Part shown: in pieces, positions 45,941 through 55,297 of the stretch
Position numbering within the stretch: position 1 is the first letter of the stretch
How the letters are laid out: each line of letters opens with the position of its first letter
Assembly: GCF_048403405.1 (NCBI RefSeq)
Contig: NZ_CP183129.1
Strand: one strand, 5' to 3'
From: Escherichia coli
Lineage (GTDB): Bacteria; Pseudomonadota; Gammaproteobacteria; Enterobacterales; Enterobacteriaceae
DNA: 64,000 bases
Made by a program: the position numbers and the translations under genes
Notes under the pieces: generated by a model
What the model was told of the DNA's origin: nothing
Databases searched by the model: none
The model's input: only the letters and a program-made list of their open reading frames with translations

Positions 45941-46216
45941 TTACTTCTTCTTATAAATATTTGCCGTGCCGTGAATCTTATTGTCAGTTTGACCAGAGGT
46001 CAGCACCAACACATCAGCCCCTTTTTCATCGGCTTTTTTGATCAAATCTTCTTTCGCATCTGCGGTCGACATTTCATTACTGGTTGAAATATCACCTATT
46101 TTTTCATATTGCGATTCAACCTTTTCAAATTCCGCTTTGGTCATTAATTCTGCGGCATAGACATTGGTAACGGCAAACGCTAATGCACCGACTAACATTT
46201 TAGAGATTATTTTCAT
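45941..46216 (-). CDS. yahO: DUF1471 periplasmic protein YahO
   Basis: 91-aa ORF with signal peptide. Confidence 0.85.
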   Translation of the reverse strand: MKIISKMLVGALAFAVTNVYAAELMTKAEFEKVESQYEKIGDISTSNEMSTADAKEDLIKKADEKGADVLVLTSGQTDNKIHGTANIYKKK

Positions 46217-46362
46217 ATTACGGCTCCAGAGTTGTTATCACACTATCACCCACCCACATTATTGGGTTGATTAATAATTAGTTCAGTCAGGGCATAAACG
46301 CCAGTAACCGGAAATAAGACACTTTGTGATCTCTCTCGCACCCGATTATTTTTGGTAGAAAT

Positions 46363-47034
46363 ATGATGAAGTTACTTCACTTTTTTATGGATGAAATCAC
46401 TATGGATCCTTTGCACGCCGTTTACCTGACCGTAGGACTGTTCGTGATTACTTTTTTTAATCCGGGAGCCAATCTCTTTGTGGTAGTACAAACCAGCCTG
46501 GCTTCCGGTCGACGCGCAGGGGTGCTGACCGGGCTGGGCGTGGCGCTGGGCGATGCATTTTATTCCGGGTTGGGTTTGTTTGGTCTTGCAACGCTAATTA
46601 CGCAGTGTGAGGAGATTTTTTCGCTTATCAGAATCGTCGGCGGCGCTTATCTCTTATGGTTTGCGTGGTGCAGCATGCGCCGCCAGTCAACACCGCAAAT
46701 GAGCACACTACAACAACCGATTAACGCCCCCTGGTATGTCTTTTTTCGCCGCGGATTAATTACCGATCTCTCTAACCCGCAAACCGTTTTATTTTTTATC
46801 AGTATTTTCTCAGTAACATTAAATGCCGAAACACCAACATGGGCACGTTTAATGGCCTGGGCGGGGATTGTGCTCGCATCAATTATCTGGCGAGTCTTTC
46901 TTAGTCAGGCGTTTTCTTTGCCCGCAGTGCGTCGTGCTTATGGGCGTATGCAACGCGTTGCCAGTCGGGTTATTGGTGCAATTATTGGTGTATTCGCGCT
47001 ACGCCTGATTTACGAAGGGGTGACGCAGCGGTGA
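46363..47034 (+). CDS. yahN: LysE/RhtB-family amino-acid exporter YahN
   Basis: 223-aa membrane ORF. Confidence 0.85.
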   Translation: MMKLLHFFMDEITMDPLHAVYLTVGLFVITFFNPGANLFVVVQTSLASGRRAGVLTGLGVALGDAFYSGLGLFGLATLITQCEEIFSLIRIVGGAYLLWFAWCSMRRQSTPQMSTLQQPINAPWYVFFRRGLITDLSNPQTVLFFISIFSVTLNAETPTWARLMAWAGIVLASIIWRVFLSQAFSLPAVRRAYGRMQRVASRVIGAIIGVFALRLIYEGVTQR

Positions 47035-47050
47035 GCAGATAATTTACTCT

Positions 47051-47296
47051 CTACGTAATCAACCTGATTTGCCGAATCCCGACCATCGGCGATGATAGCC
47101 CCCGTAATGCGTGGTCCTTATTTCCGATAAGTTTACTTGAGTCTTTAGCTTCCCATTTCAGCCCACTCTCCCCTGTGTGGGCTTTTTTCATTGCTCTGCC
47201 CCGTCCTGAATAGCCAAACAATGGCAATGTTTCACTTTGCAGGGATGATAATAAGGGGATCTGATTCAGAAGAGTTATGAAAAGTTGGACCGCCAT
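47051..47296 (-). CDS. yahM: small uncharacterised protein YahM
   Basis: 81 aa from ATG 47296, or 91 aa from ATG 47326; start overlaps the tRNA-like element; weak coding support. Confidence 0.45.
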   Translation of the reverse strand: MAVQLFITLLNQIPLLSSLQSETLPLFGYSGRGRAMKKAHTGESGLKWEAKDSSKLIGNKDHALRGLSSPMVGIRQIRLIT

Positions 47297-47366
47297 CGAG
47301 GCCTCGAACCCCGTACCATACAACAATCCTGGTTGTCGTCTGCTCTTCCTGATGAGCTAATGGCGG
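47286..47366 (-). other. degenerate tRNA-like cloverleaf (possible pseudo-tRNA relic)
   Basis: minus strand: 7-bp acceptor stem ccgccat/atggcgg, discriminator T then CCA, U8-A9, D-stem gctc/gagc, D-loop with GG, T-arm cgggg-TTCGAGG-cctcg; anticodon/variable region is 5 nt too long. Confidence 0.35.
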
Positions 47367-47708
47367 TTTTTGATATGAGCCTTACAGCATATTTTCTGTC
47401 AGGCTTGAGTGCGATGCGTAAGATACAGAAAAGACCCCACACAAACATGATGGAATTATGATTTTTTTCATATGAATGTCAACCCACACATTCACAAAAC
47501 ATCTGCATGAGATCATTTTTTATACACCGTATAGCTGCGAAACCACTGCTGATGCTTTTTTAAGCGAAGCGTCGCCGATCACAACAAAATATCGGCGAAA
47601 AAGGCGGTGGAATGCCATTTGGCATACGGATATACAGATGAAATGATTACCTGCTTTGCGATTCACTCTCTGGTGGAATAACAACTCGCAGGTGGAACCC
47701 TTTCTGAA

Positions 47709-48524
47709 CTAAAGAGTGTAGCGGATTTTAACGTGCTTATTTACAGGATAATATCTGTCACCTAATTCCTGGACTCTATTAGATATCCATTGATTTAATC
47801 GCGCATCATCTCTGTATGTTTTTACGTCCAGAACAGAGAGCAATAACATCACCAGTGATTCAGGAAAAACAGGGTAGATATTTTTTAAGTGTAATAATAA
47901 TCCATGCGCAAGCGCCTGCTTAATGGGCGCGTCGGTCTCCGGGATAGACGACATTTCGCGAAGCCATTTTTCCACATGCATACACTCTTTCCCTTTAGGG
48001 AAAAGTCTCAGCAAAGGCATATGGTGTTCAAGAAGAATACATTTGCAATCTGTTCGCACTGAATCGATAAACTGCACTAATTTCTTAAGCCCGGTAAAGC
48101 GTCCAGCCTGCACATTTGCTTTAATATCAAGAAACGCATCGTCCTGGTCATATACCCAAACTGTCCCTTTTTGATTTTCAAGTATGCGAAAAACAAACTT
48201 AACCGGGTGATCAGGGTAATCCATCCAGTCATAAAACCCAGGGAAATCATTAAACTGCACATTTATGGTGAGTGCGTTATCGTCTGACCACTCACAGTCT
48301 CGTACGGCAGCCATGAGATGAATGAGTTTGTCGTCATCGACTAAATCATCACGACAATCATAAGGATAATCATAATATTGTTTAATCAAAACCTTGAATA
48401 TATCGACACAGGAAACCAGGGAGCTTTTGATATCCTCTGGTAACTGATTGTTTTTAACCGTATTAAGTATGCTTTGTTGCGTATATGGCATCAAATTATT
48501 GTGCGGAGCTTTTAATGATATCAT
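47709..48524 (-). CDS. yahL: uncharacterised protein YahL
   Basis: 271-aa ORF; position between yahM and yahK matches K-12. Confidence 0.8.
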   Translation of the reverse strand: MISLKAPHNNLMPYTQQSILNTVKNNQLPEDIKSSLVSCVDIFKVLIKQYYDYPYDCRDDLVDDDKLIHLMAAVRDCEWSDDNALTINVQFNDFPGFYDWMDYPDHPVKFVFRILENQKGTVWVYDQDDAFLDIKANVQAGRFTGLKKLVQFIDSVRTDCKCILLEHHMPLLRLFPKGKECMHVEKWLREMSSIPETDAPIKQALAHGLLLHLKNIYPVFPESLVMLLLSVLDVKTYRDDARLNQWISNRVQELGDRYYPVNKHVKIRYTL

Positions 48525-48766
48525 CGCGATCTCTCTTAAATAAAAATAAACGTCGCAGATAATAAAGCTCTGATTAAACCAGGCACTATCAGAAATCGCT
48601 CATAACTAACGTGTGAAGTATTGTGTACTGGAGGGAGTTAATTTAACAATTTGAATTTACGTTATAGGTTTTACTGCTACTTTGATATTATTTCGCTCTC
48701 CTTAACTAAAAAGTTAAGTGGAGAGCGAAGTTAATATGTTAAACCACAGGGTATTTATTAATTTTT

Positions 48767-49816
48767 TCAGTCTGTTAGTGTGCGATTATCGATAACAAAA
48801 CGATATTTCACATCTCCTCGCAGCATTCGCTCATAGGCTTCATTAATTTGATCGGCCCGAATCATCTCTATATCAGCCACGATGCCATGTTCGGCGCAAA
48901 AATCGAGCATCTCCTGAGTTTCTGGAATGCCGCCAATCATAGAACCGGCTATCGCACGGCGTTTCATGATCAGGTTGAAAACTTCCGGCGATTTATGCGG
49001 TGTCGCAGGCGCACCAACCAGCGTCATGGTGCCATCACGCTTCAGCAAGGTGGTAAAATCGTCGAGATTATGTGGCGCAGCTACTGTATTCAAAATGAAA
49101 TCGAAACTCTTGAGATGAGCCGCCATCTCATCGGCATTGCGTGAGTTAACAACTTCATCGGCCCCCAGGGCTTTTGCCGCTTCGCGTTTTGACTCAGAAG
49201 TGGTAAATGCCACCACATGCGCCCCCATCGCGTGGGCCAGCTTAATCCCCATATGTCCCAGACCGCCGATGCCGACCACGCCCACTTTTTTACCCGGACC
49301 GACCTGCCAGTGACGTAGCGGCGAATACGTGGTGATCCCTGCACACAACAAAGGTGCCACCGCCGCCAGCTGCTCTTGCGGGTGACGAATACGCAGAACA
49401 TATCGCTCATGAACGACGATCTGTTGTGAGTAGCCGCCCAGAGTATGGCCCGGTTCGTCCGGCGTCGGCGAGTTATAGGTGCCGGTCATGTGATCACAGT
49501 AGTTTTCCAGCCCGTCTTCACACTCTTCGCAATGTTTACAACTGTCGACAATACAGCCGACACCGACCAGATCGCCCGGCGCATATTTTTCTACCTGATC
49601 ACCAACAGCTACCACGCGCCCTACAATTTCATGGCCCGGCACGCAGGGATAAACCGTCCCCGCCCACTCGGAACGGACCTGGTGGATATCGGAATGGCAG
49701 ACGCCACAGTAAGCGATTTCAATTTTGACATCATGCGGTCCCGGTTCACGCCGGGTGATATCCATCGATTCAAGTGGTTGTTTAGCGGAATATGCACCAA
49801 CAGCTTTGATCTTCAT
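48767..49816 (-). CDS. yahK: NADPH-dependent aldehyde reductase, zinc ADH family
   Basis: 349-aa ORF with zinc ADH motifs (GHEIVG, GVGCIVDSCKHCEEC) and Rossmann GVVGIGGLGH. Confidence 0.93.
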   Translation of the reverse strand: MKIKAVGAYSAKQPLESMDITRREPGPHDVKIEIAYCGVCHSDIHQVRSEWAGTVYPCVPGHEIVGRVVAVGDQVEKYAPGDLVGVGCIVDSCKHCEECEDGLENYCDHMTGTYNSPTPDEPGHTLGGYSQQIVVHERYVLRIRHPQEQLAAVAPLLCAGITTYSPLRHWQVGPGKKVGVVGIGGLGHMGIKLAHAMGAHVVAFTTSESKREAAKALGADEVVNSRNADEMAAHLKSFDFILNTVAAPHNLDDFTTLLKRDGTMTLVGAPATPHKSPEVFNLIMKRRAIAGSMIGGIPETQEMLDFCAEHGIVADIEMIRADQINEAYERMLRGDVKYRFVIDNRTLTD

Positions 49817-49902
49817 TGTGTTTACTCCTGATTAGCTATGTGTATTTGGCGATGCCTGATATGTCATCGCGGCAAAACGCGTCCATTGAATATAGCCAAT
49901 AT

Positions 49903-50889
49903 TTAAACCACCCGATCCAGCCCCAACATGCCGCGAGCCTGAATGAAACAGAGCAGCAACGTTCCCCATAAGGCCATCGTCAGGTAGGGGCTTATACCGA
50001 GAATATTGAAGCCGCTTTCAATAATTTGCAGAAGAAACAGCGCCAGCACCATACCAATTATCCGCCCGCTGCCGCCGTCCGGATTAACCCCGCCGAGTAC
50101 TGCCGCGAGGATTGACACCAGCAAGTACGATTCGCCATAAGAGGCCTTAGCCGAGTTGAGTTTCGACATCATCAAAAATGCCGCTACCGCACAAAGCAAG
50201 GCGGAAATAACATACACCCATATCAGCACCCGACGAGTGTTAATACCGGAGTAAAGTGTTGCTCGTTCGTTAGAACCAATCAGATAAATGGCTTTACCGA
50301 GCGGCGTTTTCTCCAGCAATATCCACAGCCCCAGCGCCACTGCGGTAAACAACCACATCGGTAGCGGAATACCGAACCACTGTGCATGATTCAACCACAG
50401 CACCCATGAGGGATAATTGGCAATGGCGCTACCGCCTGTCACCAGAATATTTACCCCTTTGAGCAACGTCATCATCCCAAGCGTTGCAAGAATTGGCGAC
50501 ACTCGAATACCAGCAATCAATACGCCGTTACATAAACCGATTATCACCGCCGCGCCAGCGCCCGCCAGCAGCGTAGCGACAACCGTAGCAATACCCGGTG
50601 GATACTGAGTCGCCACCCACGCCATCACCAGTGAACAGGCGTTAGCAGTGGCTATAATTGACAAGTTAATGCCACCGCAAAGCATGGTCACCGCCATAGC
50701 CAACGCCAGAATGCCCAGCACGGGCATTTGCGAAGCGACGGACTGGAAATTACTTATCGACCAGAAAATCTCCGGCATAGTAATGCTGAACGCGGCAACA
50801 GTTAGCACCAGCAGGCCGATCAAGTAAAACTCAACGTTATTACGCCACGATTTTTTCATAGCAGACTCCGGTTCTGATGCTGACTCCAC
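49903..50889 (-). CDS. sugar ABC transporter permease (CUT2, second of two)
   Basis: 328-aa polytopic membrane ORF; overlaps upstream permease. Confidence 0.8.
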   Translation of the reverse strand: MESASEPESAMKKSWRNNVEFYLIGLLVLTVAAFSITMPEIFWSISNFQSVASQMPVLGILALAMAVTMLCGGINLSIIATANACSLVMAWVATQYPPGIATVVATLLAGAGAAVIIGLCNGVLIAGIRVSPILATLGMMTLLKGVNILVTGGSAIANYPSWVLWLNHAQWFGIPLPMWLFTAVALGLWILLEKTPLGKAIYLIGSNERATLYSGINTRRVLIWVYVISALLCAVAAFLMMSKLNSAKASYGESYLLVSILAAVLGGVNPDGGSGRIIGMVLALFLLQIIESGFNILGISPYLTMALWGTLLLCFIQARGMLGLDRVV

Positions 50890-51827
50890 GCCGTGGCGCT
50901 AATGCTGGCAACGATGATGATGCCGGTGATCAATGTTTGCCAGTAAGACGAGACTCCCAATAAATTTAGCCCGTTTTGCATCACTGCCAACAACACCACG
51001 CCGAGCAAAGTACCGGTTAACGTGCCGCGCCCGCCGAGCAAACTAGTGCCGCCAAGCACCACCGCAGCCAGTACTGTCAGCTCATAACCCAGAAGAGAAT
51101 CGGGGGCGACAGTCATCACCGTCCACGACTGCACTACACCCGCAGCACCAGACATCAATCCCATATAGCCATAGACGAAAAGTTGCAGTTTCAGCACGCT
51201 AAAGCCGATGCGACTGGCGGATTCACGGTTCCCGCCAAGGGCATAAATTTTGCGCCCTACACTGGTGAAATTCATGATAAACGCTGTTAGCAGCACCACC
51301 GTAATCATGGCGATCAGCGGCAGACCAAGGCCATAGTCATAGCCATCAGCATCGGTGTACTTGAACAACATTACCCCCTGCTCAAACCACGGCGGAAAGT
51401 CGTACAGCCACACACCTTTACTCAACCATAACAGCAGGCCATAGAAAATATTCAGCGTCGAAATGGTGATGATGATAGAAGGCACCCGTAGGCGATTAAC
51501 CAGTAAGGCGTTTATTAAGCCAAGTAAAATGCCGATGCCGCCCGCCAGGGCAAACGCGACAGCAAAGTTGCCACCAATTTTTTGCAGCAACAGCACCATG
51601 CCGTATTGCGCAATGATGGTCATTGCCGGAAACGAAATATCAATCCCACCGGAAATTAACACCACAAACAAACCACAGGCGAGAATAGTCAACATGGCAT
51701 AGTTATTGGCGAGATCGTACAAATTACCGAATGTCAGAAACTCGTCGCTGCGCCAGGCAAGGCCAACAAACAGCACCACAATCAGTAATGCCAGCCAGAA
51801 TTCATGGCGTTTTTTCAGTTCAGCCAT
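50856..51827 (-). CDS. sugar ABC transporter permease (CUT2, first of two)
   Basis: 323-aa polytopic membrane ORF; overlaps ATPase gene. Confidence 0.8.
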   Translation of the reverse strand: MAELKKRHEFWLALLIVVLFVGLAWRSDEFLTFGNLYDLANNYAMLTILACGLFVVLISGGIDISFPAMTIIAQYGMVLLLQKIGGNFAVAFALAGGIGILLGLINALLVNRLRVPSIIITISTLNIFYGLLLWLSKGVWLYDFPPWFEQGVMLFKYTDADGYDYGLGLPLIAMITVVLLTAFIMNFTSVGRKIYALGGNRESASRIGFSVLKLQLFVYGYMGLMSGAAGVVQSWTVMTVAPDSLLGYELTVLAAVVLGGTSLLGGRGTLTGTLLGVVLLAVMQNGLNLLGVSSYWQTLITGIIIVASISATAWSQHQNRSLL

Positions 51828-53304
51828 TTACCACCTCCGCAATCCTGGCCTGAGAACTGCTGTCAGGCAGGAAGCTATGGGTGATCTGACCTTTTTGCAT
51901 TACCAAAATCCGGTGGCTTTGATACCACGCTTCTTCAATTTCATCGCAGATCATCAATACCGCAATGCCATGAGCCGCCAGATCGCTGATAATGCCGTAT
52001 ATTCCTGCTTTGTTGGCGATATCAACACCGACAGTCGGGCTATCGAGAATCAACAGTCGTGGCCCAATCGCCAGCCATTTGGCGATCGATACTCGCTGCG
52101 CGTTACCCCCAGAAAGCGTATTCACCGGGAGATGTGGGTCAGAGACTTTGATGGTCAATGCCTTGATTAGCCTGTCCACCAGGTCACGCACTTTAGCTTC
52201 ACTCAGAAAGCCGAAGCGATCTTTTACCTTGTGAAAAACAGTGCTAATGATGTTGTCTTCAATAGATTGCGCCATCACCAAACCGCGCGACATGCGATCT
52301 TCCGAAACATAACCAATACCGTGGCGGATGGCGTCCTGGTTACTATGCAGTGTAACCGGCTGACCGTTGATGAGGATCTCACCAGCATCCGGTCGGGTCA
52401 TACCAAACAGACTCAGACATAATTCCGTGCGCCCCGCACCAAGCAGGCCAACAATCGACACCACTTCGCCCGCTTCCACCCGCAAGTTAATATTTTGATA
52501 TTCCCCATGACGACTTAAATTACGCACCTCTAGCACTGGGATGCTGGATTTTCCCTGCCACAACTCTCGCACCTGATATTCAAACTCCTGGCCGGTCATC
52601 AGGAAACCGAGTTGTTTTGTGGTCATCTCTGCAGCCGGAAAGGTCCCGACCAGCTCACCATCTTTCAACACTGAAATACGGTCGGAAACTTCCATCACCT
52701 CTTCCAGACGATGACTGACGAAGACCACGCAGATCCCGCGTTCCCGCAATTGATGCACCACCTGTAATAACCCTTGCACTTCCTGATGGGTCAGCGAAGC
52801 GGTTGGTTCATCCATCACGATCAACCGTGCGTCCTGCGCCAGTGCACGGCAAATTGCCACCAGCTGACAGCGGGCAATTGAAAGCTCAGAAACGAGCGTA
52901 TCCAGTGGCAATGTGACGTTAATACTGGTCATTGCCGCCTGCGCCACCTCACGCAGACGACGGCGGTTAACAAACAGACCGTGGTGATAGTGATTCACGG
53001 CGATATTCTCCCAGACACTCAGGTTAGGAAATAAAGAGAGGTCCTGATAAATCACCTGAATCCCCTGCGCCACCGAAGCGGCGGGTGTCAGCTTTGACCA
53101 GTTTTTCCCACCAAGCGTAATTTCCGCCCCCTCATCCGGGCGATAAACACCGGACATAATTTTAATCAACGTCGATTTACCACAGCCGTTTTGCCCGGCA
53201 AGGCAGTGCACTTCACCCGACATAAAGTCGAGAGAAACATCGCGCAGCGCTCGCGTGGCATGAAACGTTTTGTTGATATGACGAAGGGAAAGGAAGGTTT
53301 CCAT
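51820..53304 (-). CDS. sugar ABC transporter ATP-binding protein, duplicated ATPase domains (RbsA/YtfR-like)
   Basis: about 494 aa from ATG 53304 (METFLSLRHINKTF...); two Walker A/ABC-signature units (GQNGCGKST and GLLGAGRTE). Confidence 0.85.
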   Translation of the reverse strand: METFLSLRHINKTFHATRALRDVSLDFMSGEVHCLAGQNGCGKSTLIKIMSGVYRPDEGAEITLGGKNWSKLTPAASVAQGIQVIYQDLSLFPNLSVWENIAVNHYHHGLFVNRRRLREVAQAAMTSINVTLPLDTLVSELSIARCQLVAICRALAQDARLIVMDEPTASLTHQEVQGLLQVVHQLRERGICVVFVSHRLEEVMEVSDRISVLKDGELVGTFPAAEMTTKQLGFLMTGQEFEYQVRELWQGKSSIPVLEVRNLSRHGEYQNINLRVEAGEVVSIVGLLGAGRTELCLSLFGMTRPDAGEILINGQPVTLHSNQDAIRHGIGYVSEDRMSRGLVMAQSIEDNIISTVFHKVKDRFGFLSEAKVRDLVDRLIKALTIKVSDPHLPVNTLSGGNAQRVSIAKWLAIGPRLLILDSPTVGVDIANKAGIYGIISDLAAHGIAVLMICDEIEEAWYQSHRILVMQKGQITHSFLPDSSSQARIAEVVNG

Positions 53305-53352
53305 AGCATCCCCTGGCAATAAGAATCGGGGCTTTCGCCCCGAAGAAATGGA

Positions 53353-54339
53353 TTAATAAAGTGAGTCGATATTGTCTTTGTTGACCAGTAATACCTTATG
53401 GAAACGGATAATTCGCTTATCCATATCTACATCGGCCTTACCGAGATTCTCCATTTCTAATCCAGGTTTGATCTCTTCACCCTTCAGCAACGTGCTGGCG
53501 ACGGCCGCGAGTGCGTAACCTGCAGAGGCCGGATCGTAAGTAATCCCTTCGGTGATATCACCACTTTTAATCAGTGATGCCGCCTGTGAAGGGATCATCA
53601 TGCCATAGACTGCGACTTTATTTTTCGCCCGTTTCTCTTTCACTGCACGTCCCGCGCCAATCGGACCGTTTGAACCAAAGGAGACAACCGCTTTCAAGTC
53701 AGGATAGGTTTTCATCAGGTCCAGTGTGGTACGACGTGAGTCATCCACACTCTCGGCAACCGGCATGCGGCGGGTAACTTCATGCATATCCGGGTAATGC
53801 TCTTTCTGGTATTTCACCAGCAAGTCAGCCCATAAGTTATGCTGCGGCACGGTCAAACTACCCACGTAAATCACATAGCCGCCCTTGCCACCCATGCGTT
53901 TCGCCATATGCTCAACATATTCAGCGGCAAATTTTTCGTTATCAATGATTTCGATATCCCAGTTAGCACTTGGCTGACCGGGAGATTCGTTGGTCAGAAC
54001 CACAATCCCGGCATCTCGCGCTTTTTTGAATACCGGTTCCAGCACGTTGGCATCGTTTGGCACGATAGTAATTGCATTAACCTTACGGGCGATTAAATCC
54101 TCAATAATTTTAACCTGTTGCGGAGCATCAGTACTTGAAGGTCCCACCTGTGAGGCATTAACACCAAAGGCTTTACCCGCCTCGACCACACCTTCGCCCA
54201 TGCGATTAAACCACGGCATACCATCGACTTTAGAGATATTCACCACGACTTTTTCCGCTGCCTGGAGCGGCGCAGAAATTAGCGCAGCGCCTAATAACAG
54301 CGAAGACACCATATTGATAACAAAACGTTTATTCATCAT
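53353..54339 (-). CDS. periplasmic sugar-binding protein (type I PBP, RbsB-like)
   Basis: 328-aa ORF with Sec signal peptide (cleavage near AQA); RbsB/YtfQ-like fold. Confidence 0.8.
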   Translation of the reverse strand: MMNKRFVINMVSSLLLGAALISAPLQAAEKVVVNISKVDGMPWFNRMGEGVVEAGKAFGVNASQVGPSSTDAPQQVKIIEDLIARKVNAITIVPNDANVLEPVFKKARDAGIVVLTNESPGQPSANWDIEIIDNEKFAAEYVEHMAKRMGGKGGYVIYVGSLTVPQHNLWADLLVKYQKEHYPDMHEVTRRMPVAESVDDSRRTTLDLMKTYPDLKAVVSFGSNGPIGAGRAVKEKRAKNKVAVYGMMIPSQAASLIKSGDITEGITYDPASAGYALAAVASTLLKGEEIKPGLEMENLGKADVDMDKRIIRFHKVLLVNKDNIDSLY

Positions 54340-54589
54340 TTCAGCCTCATTGCAGGGTAGTCAGGAAGTGTTCGCCCAAATTAGCGCGCTGGAGAGAATA
54401 AGAATTTTCGAATATTTTTATGCAGAATAAACAGCCCTATTTCAGGCAGCTATTAAAAATTTGGTTATAAATATGGACAAAACGGGCAGCAATAATAAGT
54501 GTGACATTCATCACGTAAAAAATAGCAAAATAAACAAAATTAGCGATATTTTATGTTTGTGAGCTTATTTCGCGTAGAAAAATAGTTAT

Positions 54590-55000
54590 CTACACAACGT
54601 CAATAAGGGCATATTCTTCAAAGATAACGTCCATTTCGGGTGAATAGCATCCTTCTGCCTGGAAAAAACGACGGTGTTCATTACGCCAATATTCAAGACT
54701 GAGGTCACCTTCACCTTCCTTACGGGCAAGCTCCGCGGTGACATCAGAAAAGCGCAGTAAATGCAGGCCAATCACTCTGATAACACAGACAGGCTCACCA
54801 CGGCTATTTTCTACAATCTTATACTCACCAATCATCGGAAATGCGTTGTCTTCAATACATCCCGCCAGCGAACCACAGGAAGCTGTTTTAACACCTGTCG
54901 CAATCAACGTTGCGAGGTGATCGGCCAACGCTGCTGAATCGCCAAAAGTACAAAAGGAAGCATGGGGATATTTTTGTGAGATTTTTTCTTTTATGGTCAT
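54590..55000 (-). CDS. ASCH-domain (PUA-like) protein, YhfF-like
   Basis: ASCH-type motifs (FGDSAALADHLATLI..., EYWRNEHRRFF); start uncertain: ATG 55000 or GTG 55033. Confidence 0.65.
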   Translation of the reverse strand: MTIKEKISQKYPHASFCTFGDSAALADHLATLIATGVKTASCGSLAGCIEDNAFPMIGEYKIVENSRGEPVCVIRVIGLHLLRFSDVTAELARKEGEGDLSLEYWRNEHRRFFQAEGCYSPEMDVIFEEYALIDVV

Positions 55001-55297
55001 GAGAATATTTTCGCGATTACGGAAAAAAATCACATCTTAATTACTGTTGATAACCATCAGCAAGAGGATCATTGGTTTTTCTATGTTTAATCTTTTTTAT
55101 CCGAAGCCGGTCACATTTATGGCTTGATAAATACCTTTGTTAAAACTCACTTTTGTGTATTTCTCTCAAATAATCCCCTGGAAATTATGCCGGGAGATTA
55201 TAAAGTTCAGGATCATTCATTAGCAAACCATTGCTGCCCCACTCCCTGGGGCTTTAAATCTCTTACGATTCACCATTGCAGGCGTTTCAAATGCGTA

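Noticed and set aside
55234..55251. Hairpin gcccca-ctccc-tggggc downstream of yahJ
   Set aside because: The T-run follows it only on the plus strand, where no gene is transcribed; likely incidental.
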